The notes beneath the pieces were generated by a model. That model saw nothing but the letters and a program-made list of their open reading frames with translations. It did no database searches and was not told the origin of the DNA. Both the position numbers and the translations under genes were made by a program. This document shows, piece after piece, positions 14,351 through 26,444 of a stretch of 64,000 nucleotides of DNA. This DNA comes from the human T2T-CHM13v2.0 reference genome, Homo sapiens. Within the stretch, counting starts at the first letter, position 1. The number at the start of each line of letters is the position of its first letter. The stretch lies in the NCBI RefSeq assembly GCF_009914755.1, contig NC_060937.1. One strand, given 5' to 3'.

Positions 14351-16673
14351 CATCATCAATATTATTGTACTACCATCATTATTACCATTATTATGAAATA
14401 TAATCATAACATTGTTGTTGTTATAATTATATTTAGAAGTATTTACATTTCATTGTTGATCTATGAAATGACAATTTTCTCATCTTAAGAACTGGAAAGT
14501 TAGAGCGACATATAAATTTAAGATAAAATAGTGTATAAGTTTCTTAAAATGGAAATCTCATGAAAAAGATAGCATTTTTTTCTTTCTTTAAAACAAATGT
14601 TTTCCCAGTATAGCAGATTTCATAAATTATTCTGAAACACACTTTTTAATTTGGAAGTGCTAATGTGCTAGCAGTATGTTTATTCCCAAATAAAAGAAAG
14701 TTCAGACATAAAAGTTCACTTGAGGAAAAAACAGGCAAACTTTGCTTTAAAGTTTATATTTATAGTTGTCTATACTGAAGTATAGCAGATAATCTATGCC
14801 TTTGGTTGGATGTTTGGACCTAATTCTCTTAAAATATATATGTTACAAAGATATTTCCAATAACAACATTTAAAATTCAAGAGTTTCAATTTTAACATAA
14901 ATCCTCCTATCTCTCCCTACAATACTGACAAAATGACATTAGTACATGCAACACACACATATAGCATCAATTGTCTTGTTTCTCTATAGGCCAAATCCCC
15001 ATCTTGAGTGTGGGGATGATCATCTTTTCTTGATTCATAGATGACATACAGTTGTTTCTCTATAGGACAAATGTCACAGAATTAAATTCAACCCCCATAT
15101 AAAGCATAGTATTCATATTTTTAAAAATACTTTCTCCCGTATACTTCCTTATTTGGTTATGTTTGCCTTCTCTTGGCATGTCCTGTCCCATGTATTAGAA
15201 ACTTAAAAGAGGAGCAATAACAAATCTCAGGAAGTACTAGTGGAAAGGGGCAAATGCAGTGGGTGGGTGGGGTCTAGGTAGCCAATTCTGATCCTGGTAC
15301 TAAGGTCTGGGAATATATTTGCAGATAAGGAAGAAGAGCTCCATTATGGCAGGATCAAGTAAAATAAAATAACCACCCAATAAGACTCAGTCTAAAAATA
15401 CCAGGTTTAGCAAAAGTTTATTAAAGAAGACAAGTTAAATTCACCTCATCACATTGGGCCTTTAAAAAATGTGCAGAAACCTGTGAGATAGATAACATCA
15501 CTGCACTCTTTAGGAGAACAAAAGGGAAAGTGACAGCATCTCTCTTTTGGGAATTTTGCCAAAGAACACAAAAATAACATCACCGCTACTGAACAGACAA
15601 GTATATTCTGATTTCAGTTGAGGAAGAAGGTGCTGTAGATAGCTACACAAATAGTGGTTTAGCATTATCTTGGCCCTTGTAAAAAAATTCCCCCTTCTAA
15701 AACATCTGACTTATATCTCTTTTTAGCTATATGTAGTGGGTGGCCAATTATCTTTCCATCCCCATCCTGAGTGTGGGTATGATCATCTTGTTCTAGTTTC
15801 AGTGTAACTTTACTCCCATCAATAAGCACTGCGGTTGGATTAGAGAACATGAAAATTAAGTTGTAGCAAGAACTGTTCATTCAGGGCAAAAAGATACTAA
15901 TAGTATTAAACCATTTTATCCTTCTTCCTTAGGAACTGAAATCCAATGTGTATCTTCCCCACTAACAGTAGCTGCAGAGCTGGGTAGAAGCAGCCTACAA
16001 GAACTGGTTTAGCAAAAGGTCTAGAAAAGTCAAAGTGAAATCAAAGACTGCATGGGGAAGACTAACTTTTTGGCGGTCTATGTGATTACCATCAACAGTA
16101 CACTACTTGGGGGGCAGGGGTGGAAAGGGGGAATGAAAAGTGTTAGTATCACATATTTTTATGTTTGTTTTTGCAGATGAGATAAACATTAAGATTATAT
16201 TAAAATTCAAAGGATGTTAGAATAGAAAGGAACCTTACTGATGATCCACAATGAAGATAATTGCATATTCTGGCCTGGCCAGGGCAGTCTTATTTTACAC
16301 TCTTTTTACAGAATTATTGTCAATAGCTCCCCCTGCCTTTCTCAAAAATGTCCTGATTTAGATGGTAAATCAAATATTTTTAAAAATAATTTCTCCCAGT
16401 GTACTTCCTTAATATTTTTAAATATTTGAATATTTAAATATTCAAATATTTTAAAATATTTTTAAAAATCAAATAGATATGCTATGTATAAGAAAAGGCC
16501 CTCTGTACCAATAGAGAATTAGTTAAGTAACTTCTCTAAATTCAAATGACCAAAATGGAATGGTGAGCTCTTTGAGGGCAGGATTCTGTCTTGTCATCTG
16601 TTTCTCCATGGCTGATCCAGGTAGACAGGTGAACATATGACTAACTGCTAAATTCCCAGGCCATTACTTTGTT

Positions 16674-16787
16674 CACTTTGTCATCCTACTCTCTCTAAGT
16701 ACAAGGCTGATAATTTGATAGAAATTGCTACACTTTGTCATCCTACTCTCTCTAAGTACAAGGCTGATAATTTGATAGAAATTGCTA
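16674..16787. repeat. Perfect 57-bp tandem duplication
   Basis: cactttgtcatcctactctctctaagtacaaggctgataatttgatagaaattgcta at 16674-16730 and 16731-16787. Confidence 0.97.
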
Positions 16788-18488
16788 CGGAACCTGTGAA
16801 TTTCAAGAAGGGCAATAAAACAACACTACTTTTGAGCAGCCTAAGTTATTGCAATTAACAGATGAGGAAAAAATTGCTCTGAATGACTGTGGAAATTATA
16901 GCCTACTCTGATCTCCTTCTAAAAGGAAAATTCACTCTTCCTTCACATCTGCTTAAGTCTATTTCTAGCTATATGCGGTTGGGGGACAACTAGTTGTTTC
17001 TATCCCCTTGTAATGCAAGAGTGTGACCAACTTGTTTCCAGGCTCAAAGTACTTCTGCTTCTACTCAAAAGTACTAGAGTTAGAATTAACTTGCCATAGC
17101 AATAATTTTTCTGTTTAGAACTGAGGATGACAATGAATAAGTTAAACCATTTTTAGTTTCTTCCTTAGAAACTAAAATTGCTTTATAAGTAAAAATTTTA
17201 TCATGATTAACCTTACCAATTAATATGTATTTTAATTTTTATTTATAGTCATGCAAGAGTAGAAAAAGAAATTGTTTTAAAATCATGAGCTTAGTTTCCA
17301 TAAAGCCAGTACTCTAATTATATAAATTTGTTAATGGTAATAAAAGCCATCTTATTTCCAGCTAAAAATAAAGGGAGTTTACAAAAACGAAGTAAATAAC
17401 TTAAGTTTGCATATTAAAGAAAATTTATAATAGAAAGTTTGCATATTAAAGAGGATCTCTTGAACTCTCTTATACAGACAATTTGTTATACCCATTAAAT
17501 TACTGACCTAGTTTCAAATGCCCATAAGGACTGCTAATCCATCAGTAAAATAGCATTGTGCCAAAAAAAAGTGTGCATTTGCAACTGCCACCCAGTCATT
17601 CTTCTGGAAAATAATTTACTTATTCATTAATAATATAAACCAATGCACGGATAATATAATTTCTAAGATAAGTCCATCTTATTCTTTTAACACAGAAGGG
17701 AAATATTTGTTTCTCTTTTAGAAATTCCTGATACTTTAATAATTTATTTCTATTGGCATATATCCTGACAAGTTTTTATAATGACTTCAAAGAATCAATA
17801 AATATGGATGAGTATACACTTTGGAGATTATATATATATATATATGCAACTTTTTTTGCTAATCACTGATTTATATTTAATATATAATCAGTGATTTATA
17901 TTTATATTTAACACATTTTTTTCTACAGAAAGATAGTGTCTCCTTTTGGGGCTAAAATTGAACAGTAATTTAAAAGTGATTATTATCCCCTATGAATTTA
18001 TAATTAACTATTTTTATAGACAAAGATGGTATTAGATGCATTATCAATAAGTTAGGCATATTGAAAACTATTTTCTAGTGAATTTGTGCTGACTTAATTA
18101 CTCTACTAAAAAACTCTGTCAATTACTTTTCTGATCAACACCATATGTGCAAGATTCTTAACTAACATTAAGTAGTAGCCTATGATTATAAAATAAAGGG
18201 TAGGCAACTAGCTCACATGAAATAAACCCACTAGTTCTTACTACCTCTTTCATCTATGAAGCTGACATAAGTAACCAAAAATCTCTCTAGTTAACATGAT
18301 CATAAATTTAGAAAATTATCATAAAGAAAACTATATAGTAACAGAAATAAGAACATATCAACTAAATGTACATTATCTCTATGTGATTTTCATGCTCGTA
18401 CAATGATGTGCACTGGATTATACGAAATAGTAATACGCATAGTAATTCAACAAAAGGACTGAGACTGTTAAAGAAACAAATATTTCCC

Positions 18489-18498
18489 TTTATTTATT
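18489..18498 (-). terminator. VWA8: Overlapping AATAAA poly(A) signals; candidate 3' end of the short VWA8 isoform
   Basis: Minus strand reads TGTAATAAATAAA (a UGUA motif abutting two hexamers), CA about 21 nt downstream (18467-18466), then a GU/U-rich tract CCTTTTGTTG; about 220 nt after the in-intron stop. Confidence 0.7.
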
Positions 18499-18721
18499 AC
18501 ATCTACTCATGGGACATACATAATAATCAAAATTTTCAATTTACAGGCCTATAAATAATGCTATTTAACTGAAAAGCAGCCAGCAAACAGCAACATATAC
18601 ATGTATTTGAAAAGCTTACTCATGGAAAGTAATTTCCATAGCAACTCAGTTTTGTAGAATGGAATGATAAATCAAGAACTATCAGCATTTAAGAATCAGA
18701 AGAGTACTGAATTTGCCTTAC

Positions 18722-18873
18722 TCCTTTGCCAGCTGCACACTGGTAGGCTTTGCTCCGATAGGTATCCCGTATTTGTGTAAAGTGTTAATCAATATCTCCC
18801 TCATGTCATTGTTGTAGGAATCAAAGTCAAACACATTTCGAACTACACTGGAGAGACCTTCAGTCGGAAATTT
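18722..18873 (-). CDS. VWA8: VWA8 coding exon (about exon 26): KFPTEGLSSVVRNVFDFDSYNNDMREILINTLHKYGIPIGAKPTSVQLAK(E)
   Basis: Acceptor ttttaatacag|AAA, donor GGA|gtaagg; 152 nt, phase 0 to 2. Unspliced read-through gives GAG TAA. Confidence 0.96.
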
Positions 18874-19540
18874 CTGTATTAAAAAAAAATTCCCTTATTA
18901 TGCATGTGATAAAATATACAACATTATAAAGATTTATGAAATGGATAGGACAATAATGATCAAATGAACTACAGCAGAAATTTACTGGCCTTGTCAAATA
19001 AGCAGGTAGTAGGAATGTAGACATTTTTCCCTTTCAGTGTTTGCTCAGATGACTTAACAATATTTTCCTTTTTAAATAAATGCCAGAATTTGAGGGGAAA
19101 GAGTTCCTCCTCTCAAATGTTAGAGCAGTGCCTAGATCCTGGTGTCAGTGATTGCCACTGCTTTCTGAAATCTCCTGCCTTTAATATGAGTACCAGATCG
19201 AACAGTTTAAAAATGCTAGTTATGTAAAGGAGCGTGTTAAATATCTATACTGAAGTTTTCAGAAAAGTCAGTCTATGAATAAATGAAGAAGAAAAGATAA
19301 AGCAACAAGAAAAGAAGGAAAGAACATAAAAAGTGCAAACAACAGAGAAACAGGGAGCAGTAGAGGGCAAGAAAACAAGTATGACTACAACTGAATTTAC
19401 ACTGCTCATGTCCTCTGAGTCCTTTCCTGGGTCTGCTTTGATTTTCTTTAGGTGATGGGTTCTGAGCTGGCTGAATTGGACTTACGGTTTTATAGGCAGA
19501 ACAAAGCTGTTATTTTTAATCTTGATTTCTTTCCATATAT

Positions 19541-19825
19541 TTTTAATTGACAAATAATAACTGTATATATTTATGGGGTACAATGTGATATTCCAATGTA
19601 TGTATGCCTTACAGAATGGTTAAATCACACTAATTAATATATCTATCATTTAACACACCTTTATTTATGGTACAACCATTACTTAAAATCTACTTTCTCA
19701 GCAATTTCAAAATATACATTACATTGATATTAACTATAGTTACCAGGCTGTGCAATAGATCTCAAAAACTTATTTCTCCTGTCTAACTGGAACTTTGTAT
19801 CCTTGGATCAACATCTTCCCCTGTG
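19541..19825 (-). mobile_element. L1MA 3' end (old)
   Basis: 'ttttaattgacaaataataactgtatatatttatggggtacaatgtga...tctaactggaactttgtatcctt'. Confidence 0.8.
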
Positions 19826-20500
19826 TGTATTCTCCCTGCCCCACCTTTCTACTTTTCTTTCTAGGGTTTTCTTGGAGGGTTGGGGATAAGGCAGAGGTCA
19901 AGAGTTGTTGGGTTGTGACTGTTAGCTTGGAGACCCTTATTTGTTCTGTAAGTAAGATTTATATTATTTTTTATTTGTTTGTTTTCTTTACTAAGGTGGA
20001 GTACACATTGTACATGGTCGCAGGAAATTTCATTCTCCTGCCTACTCTATCTTGTGAAACTTCCTTGCGGTATTTACAGGTATTTAATCAGTACGGTTAG
20101 TTCCTACTCTGTTTACTGTTGTCTCCATGTGATTTGCTTCAAAATGAAAATATTTTTTACCTGCATACCACATGCTTGTTGTAAAAAGCCAAAGAACAGA
20201 ACAGGAAGGTTTCCCCACTGACTCACTCTCTTGCTTCACCTGCCCTCTAACAGCCTCCCACCAAATTTCCTAACTCCTTGGTAATGATTACAGACTTTGC
20301 CAAAGTTAATTCAAAAGCTGAACAGATAATAATGTTCATTGGCCTACCATATTTATAACTTAGATTATACACATTTCAAATCATGTAATCTGACTCATTA
20401 TTGTATTTATGGAAATTAAAAACTCTGGTACAAACTGTACAGTCTGAAAAAATAAAAAAGAGAGTGATGGCTCTTAGGTACAGGTGTGTGCCATACCTAC

Positions 20501-20706
20501 CTGTAAATGTTTGACTATGTTGACAACTTCTCTGGTAGAATAAGGATAGTTAATAATCCCTTGGTCAGCCAAACTCCTCAGCTCTCCAAAGGCAGCCACA
20601 AGCTTCTGAAGGATGGGCTCAGGCACATTTGGTCCATACTGTCTGAGCATCTCGAGCTCCGAGTGGGGTTTGGGGTTATCAACTGCATGGCAGCTAAAAA
20701 TATCAC
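20501..20706 (-). CDS. VWA8: VWA8 coding exon (about exon 25): (G)DIFSCHAVDNPKPHSELEMLRQYGPNVPEPILQKLVAAFGELRSLADQGIINYPYSTREVVNIVKHLQ
   Basis: Acceptor ctctcctttag|GT, donor CAG|gtaggt; 206 nt; contains the AAA+ lid/sensor-2-like motif YSTRE. Confidence 0.97.
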
Positions 20707-21767
20707 CTAAAGGAGAGAAAAGATTCACATTCAGTATGCAACAAATCCATTACGATGTCACAGGAAAAAATGGAATGGTTGTTTAAAGAGCCACTGGTTG
20801 CTCATCAAAGCATAGAAAGCCCATCCAACAATAGGATGGTACAGAGAAGAAAGCAAAAGACTGAAGCAAAAGAAAAGAAAACTGGGTGATGGATGGTTTA
20901 TCTCCACGAATTTATTTTTGTTAAAAAACTTACATAATACTTGAATACATGCTCACCGGGAGATATTCCAATACAAAGAGGAAAAAAAATTCTCCTTTAA
21001 GTCTATGCCAATGCCACTCCCTCCCCAAAAAGCACTGAGTCTTAATGTTTAGCGCATTTATTTTTCCAGACCTGTATTAGCACTTTTTTTAAAAAAATGC
21101 ATACATGCAAACAGAGTTTAGATAATTTATTCCTTTTCTATTAATGGGAATATATATTTCAAATGGTTCTGAGACGGCCTTTTTAACTTCAACAAATGTT
21201 GAGTATCTTCAAAAATTATATACATCTATCTCATATAAATGCTTCTTTATGTACTAAAAAAGGGAGAATTAGTAGCATCACTCTCTAAAAAATTTGTATC
21301 TTGTGCAGATTGATAGAATATACTTTAGAGGTTAGTTTTGGTAGAGTAAACCTGTAGAGACATTGTCTGAATTAAAATCAAGAAAAGGAATGTAGAAACA
21401 TAATAATATTTCATCTGTAATTTAGGGAAATGAGAATGTACTAGAAAAATAATTCTATTGATTCATAATCTAAGAGACCAGGGATCAAATGAAGTAAAAG
21501 TAAATAGACTTACATTATTTAATATGTTCATTTTAGAAAATGAGGATATCTAGTAAGGTAGCAATAAGATCTTACTTTGATTTAGGAACCATTTGAACAG
21601 TTATTTTGTATGTGTGTATTTAAAAGCAATTGAATAAAATGAAAGCCATGATATCTTCAAAATTTTATCTCATATACTAAAGCTTTTCAAATACAAAGGT
21701 GAAGAATGGCTTTTGCCTTTTTTGCTGAAAATAAAACCTATCACTAACATAAAAAGACAATTGACCC

Positions 21768-24700
21768 CTCATTCATTTACTCATCAAATAATGATTAATT
21801 AGGACAGTAGAAATGGTGATGCTGGGGGAGGTCAGTCAGGTAAACCTCATGAGAAGGTAATATCTGAGCAAATGTTGATACCTGGGGGAAGAGCATTCCA
21901 GGCAGCTGGTACAGCTAATCCAAAGAACTTAAGGCAGGCATACCTGGCATATGGAAGGAAGAGGCAGGAGAGCAGAGTGGATGGAATAGAGGAAGTGGAT
22001 AGAGCAGCACCAAGCAGTACAGGACACGAGGTTACAGACATAGGAGGATGTGGGAGACATACTGTGTAGGACACTGCAAACTGTTGTAAATACTTGTACC
22101 TCTACTCAGAATACAATGGGAAGCCATGGAGGATTTTAGCAGAGGCGTGGACTACTGTGCTGTGAACACACCACAAAAGGGTGTAGGAAGATAAATATCT
22201 TGTGAGCAGAGGCACTGACCACATTGACTGTATTTCCAAGAATATCTGAAGAGCAAACAGTGCAGCCTTGGAAAACATATTCTCTCTCTCTGTCTCTCTC
22301 TCTTTCTTTCTTTGTAAGAAGGTAATTTGGGTTACCTAAGCTCTGGGTTCCTCTTCTATAAGGCATCTCACTATAAGTGCAGGTATCATTTGGCCCTCTT
22401 TCTGTTGCCCTGTGGGAAGTGGGGCTTGAGGAACCAACACAAATGCTGGTACTTTGACTACTGCTTTTGCTGAATAATCATTCCTCTTTTGTCTGTGACT
22501 CAGGAGTCTAGTGTCTTCTGCCATGAAAGCCTTCTGTGGCAGGCTAACTTGTTAGCTTAAAAGTAGAGTAAACTCTTAGATCTTTCACAGTTCATAACAA
22601 AGAATAAGGCTGGAAGCAGGGCGACCCATTAGGGGACTATTTGAAGTAATCCAGGTAAGAGACGATGGTGGCTCAGATCATAATGGTGGCAAATGGAAGT
22701 GATGGGGAAAGTAAGATAATTCTGAATATATTTCGAGGGTATAGCCAATAAGATTGCAGGATATTTGGAAAAGAGCATAAGAGAAAGAGAGAAACAAAAA
22801 ATGAATTTGGAGTTGTCATTAACAGAGATTTACAAAAGACTATAAATTAATCAGGTTTAAGAAAAAAAAGTTCATCATGGACATGTTAAATTCGAGATAC
22901 AGGAGCTATTGAACTGGAAGCTGGATATGAGTGTGAAGTTCAGGAGGAAGGTCTGGGTTGGAGATGAATATTTGGCAATAACAGGCATATAATTGGTAGT
23001 CTAAAACATGACACATTCTGATTTTATTAAAGGAATGAGTATAGATAGGTAAGAGAACCAGGGCCTGAGCCTTGGGACATTCTAACAAGCTCCAACAAAT
23101 AAGGCTGAGCAGGAATAGTTATTAAGGTAAGAAACCAAGAACATACTTGAAGAAGTATTGTAAGTCAAGTGAAGGAAAATGCATCAAGGAGAAGAGAGTG
23201 ACTAACTGTATCAACTATATACTATATTAAATACTGCTGGTAGATTCAGTACGATGAGGACTAAGAATCAACCACTGGATTTAGCAATAGAAAAGTCACT
23301 AATGACCTAGATAAGAACAGTTTCTGTGGAGTAATGGGAGCAAAAATCTGATTAGAATGGAATTAAGTGAGGATGGTACAGAAGAAACGGAGATAGCAAG
23401 TGTAGACAACTCTTTTGAGTACAAATGACTGTGAGGAATTTTGTTACAAAGGAGAAGAAAAAAGTAGCAATAGATCGCAAAAAGAGTAAGATTAAGAGGT
23501 TTGTGTGTGTGTGTGTTTTGAAGATGAAGGAAATAGCCTGATTGCAGATGGGAATAATGTAAGGAGAGGGAAGCTGCTGATACAGGAGAGGGAGGGCAGA
23601 ACAGCTAGAGCAGCAACCTTCAAAAGGCGGGATCTGGTGCTCATCTGGAGGGACTCCCTCTAGATGGGAATGTGAACAGTTTACCTGCAACAAGTGGGAA
23701 AGCAGGGCATCATAGGTGGAAGACTTGGTTGTAGGAGTCTGTGGACATTTGTTTTTAATTGCTTTCGTTTTTCTCAGTGCAGTAGGAAGACAGGAGAAAA
23801 TAACAGAAATCTAAAAGAAAGTCAGTAAACTGAATCCTGGTTAGCAATGGGGAAGGAATGAGACTGGTGGGAAAATGAAAGAGAATTTCCCTTTCCCCTC
23901 CATAAGCCCTTCTATATTTCAATCTCTTGCAGTAAGTGAATGTTCAAGTATTGTATAATTTTAAAACAAAAAGAAATTCATGCAGCAGTGTTGGAGCTGC
24001 GAGGAGAGAGAAGATATGAATTACCCTAGGAGAACAGGAAAGTGAAAGGTCTACCGAAGCACGGTGTGACTGCATTTAGGGACACTTGAGGCCCATTGTT
24101 AAGAATCTGAAATGAGATTGGTCAGTTTTGGGCTTTTTCTAACCACATTCAGCTGCACATGTGTAGGTTCAATGTTGTTAGAGAGTTGGCAGTAACCAAC
24201 TCTCTCCCTCTCAAGGGCAGAGGGGTTCCAAGTGCATAGGACAAGCTAAGAGAGGAAAAGGGAAGCTGAAGAATAATATATGTAAGGGAGTCATAAATGT
24301 GAAAGATCATGGAATTGAAGCTGGGTAAGAAAAAAAAAGGCTGGGTAAAGGAGAAGAAAATATATCAAGGTGGGTAGGTGAAAAGGTGGTAGGATCAATG
24401 GATTGAAGCTTCTCATACATTTGAAGAGTTATTGGATTTGGTGTAGTAGAGGGAGTAACTGGAAAGACTGGAGGTGGTGAATGCATAGATGAGATAAAAA
24501 TCCCAAGGACAATTGAGGACAGAATATGAAACGGAAATTACAGAAGTGTCAGTCGTAGAAACTAGCCATGAATGTCTAAGATATGGTATAAGATAAGACT
24601 GCTGGAATAAAAATATCCAAGGAGCCAAGAGGCCAGAGAGTGGGAAGGGTCACATATGTGTATACTGCAATCACTCCAAAAGAAGAGTAGGGTTGGAGAG

Positions 24701-24900
24701 AATGAAAGCGAGTAAAGGGCTAAAGATCAATAAGAAGTGACAAGGATGAATAGGGGTAGATGACAAAACAAGAGCAGATGGCACATATGTTTTAGGATTT
24801 GGAGGTGGATGGAAGATGGAGACAGAACAGGGAGTGAGTATTCTTACAGGCATTAAAATAAATGTGATAAGGAGTGGCTTGGGGTATAAGGGGTGACCTA
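21768..24900 (-). mobile_element. Fragmented L2 (LINE2), interrupted by a solo LTR
   Basis: Purine-rich + strand with L2 motifs ('agtaatccaggtaagagacgatggtggc', 'ggaagctggatatgagtgtgaagttcaggaggaaggtctggg', 'ccactggatttagcaa'); boundaries approximate. Confidence 0.7.
22182..22599 (+). mobile_element. Solo ERVL-type LTR (family uncertain)
   Basis: TG...CA ends (tgtaggaag...ttcataaca), LTR-like 3' end 'ggctaacttgttagc...cttagatctttcacagttc'; interrupts the L2. Confidence 0.6.
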
Positions 24901-25843
24901 CAAACATAAAAAGAACTCAAACCTCTTTACAATTAGAAACAACTTTTCTTTGGTGTGTTTACATTATTACATCTCTAAGTGCATCAGTAATCTATGAATT
25001 GTTAGTAACTTTTAAGGTATTATCTGCACATAATAAAAACTACAAAAATAGTATAACTGAGTATTTTATATTCCCATCCCTAACTTCCATTGCAAACAAT
25101 GCCTTATCAGATTCTTGTGGACCTTTCTGAAGAAATTCTATGCATATACAAGCATATGCATGTACACATCCCTCCTGCCTTTTCCAAAACATATGAACGG
25201 GTAAACTACTATACCCACTTTACTTACTTATTGTTTCAATTACTATTTTGAGTATTGATTTTTTTTTTCTATCAGCATCAGTAAACTTATTCTCTTTTTT
25301 TAAACAACTGCATAGCATTCTATTGTGTGGATACAAAAAAATTTCTTTATCCAGTCCCATTTAGATGGATATTAGGGTTGTTTCCATTCTTTCTACTATA
25401 AACAATGCTATAGTGCCTATCCTTGTACTTAAACATTGTATAGGTAAATTCCTTGGATAAATTCCTTTTTGGGTAATTGCTAGATCAAAGATCCCACTGA
25501 GAGACTGGGTCTGCTTCACATTGAGTGTGAGAGTCCAGAATTATATACTTGCTATAGAGAAGAGAAGTCCTTCTTAAAGACTTTTGATGAGTAAGTTTAT
25601 CCCAGGGCCTCTCCAATCAATGTGAATCAGTCTCCTCAGAGCTGACCTCAATCTTTTTCATGGTTAGGGGGATGTGACAAAAGTAAAACCATTTTTTATT
25701 CTGTGTTTTATTCCAAGAGGTCCTAAACAACAAAGTATAGTGTAATGGTTTAAGAAAAAAGACTCTGGGATCAGATAGACTTAGATATGAAGCCCAAGTC
25801 CACCACTCATTATCCCAGACACTATCAAAAAATAATCTCTCTG

Positions 25844-26176
<333 letters not shown>

Positions 26177-26324
26177 TCACTAAAAGGGGGATAATAAATA
26201 TTCTCACAAGGTGATTATGATGGTGGCACAGCACATGATAAGCATTCAATGACAGCCATTACAGCAGTGTTACTAATATTATTATTACTGCTATTGGTAT
26301 TGTTATTATCATTACTGTTTTTAC

Positions 26325-26444
26325 CTAAGGTACCGAAGAAATCATTGCCTAGGAAAGGAAATCCAGGTCTATTTGCCAGAACAATCATCCTAAAATCAGG
26401 ATGAATCACTACAACATTTTCTCTTCCATTCACATTAGCAGAAT
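26325..26444 (-). CDS. VWA8: VWA8 coding exon (about exon 24): (N)SANVNGRENVVVIHPDFRMIVLANRPGFPFLGNDFFGTL
   Basis: Acceptor tttttcag|AT, donor TAG|gtaaaa; 120 nt, phase 1 to 1; HPDFRMIVLANRP is the MoxR/midasin-type sensor-1 region. Confidence 0.97.

Noticed and set aside
15758-15797. Hairpin followed about 12 nt later by CTAG|T, resembling a Helitron 3' end
   Set aside because: Similarity to the duplicate copy continues past the CTAG, and the other hairpin copy has no CTAG.
17696-18490. The 19-bp inverted repeat as terminal repeats of a DNA transposon
   Set aside because: No TSD, no CAG-type terminus and no recognisable interior; perfect identity is unexpected for an extinct human DNA transposon. 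A Dfam search is needed to exclude it fully.
20507-20710. Plus-strand 67-aa ORF antisense to a VWA8 exon
   Set aside because: Shadow ORF of the coding exon.
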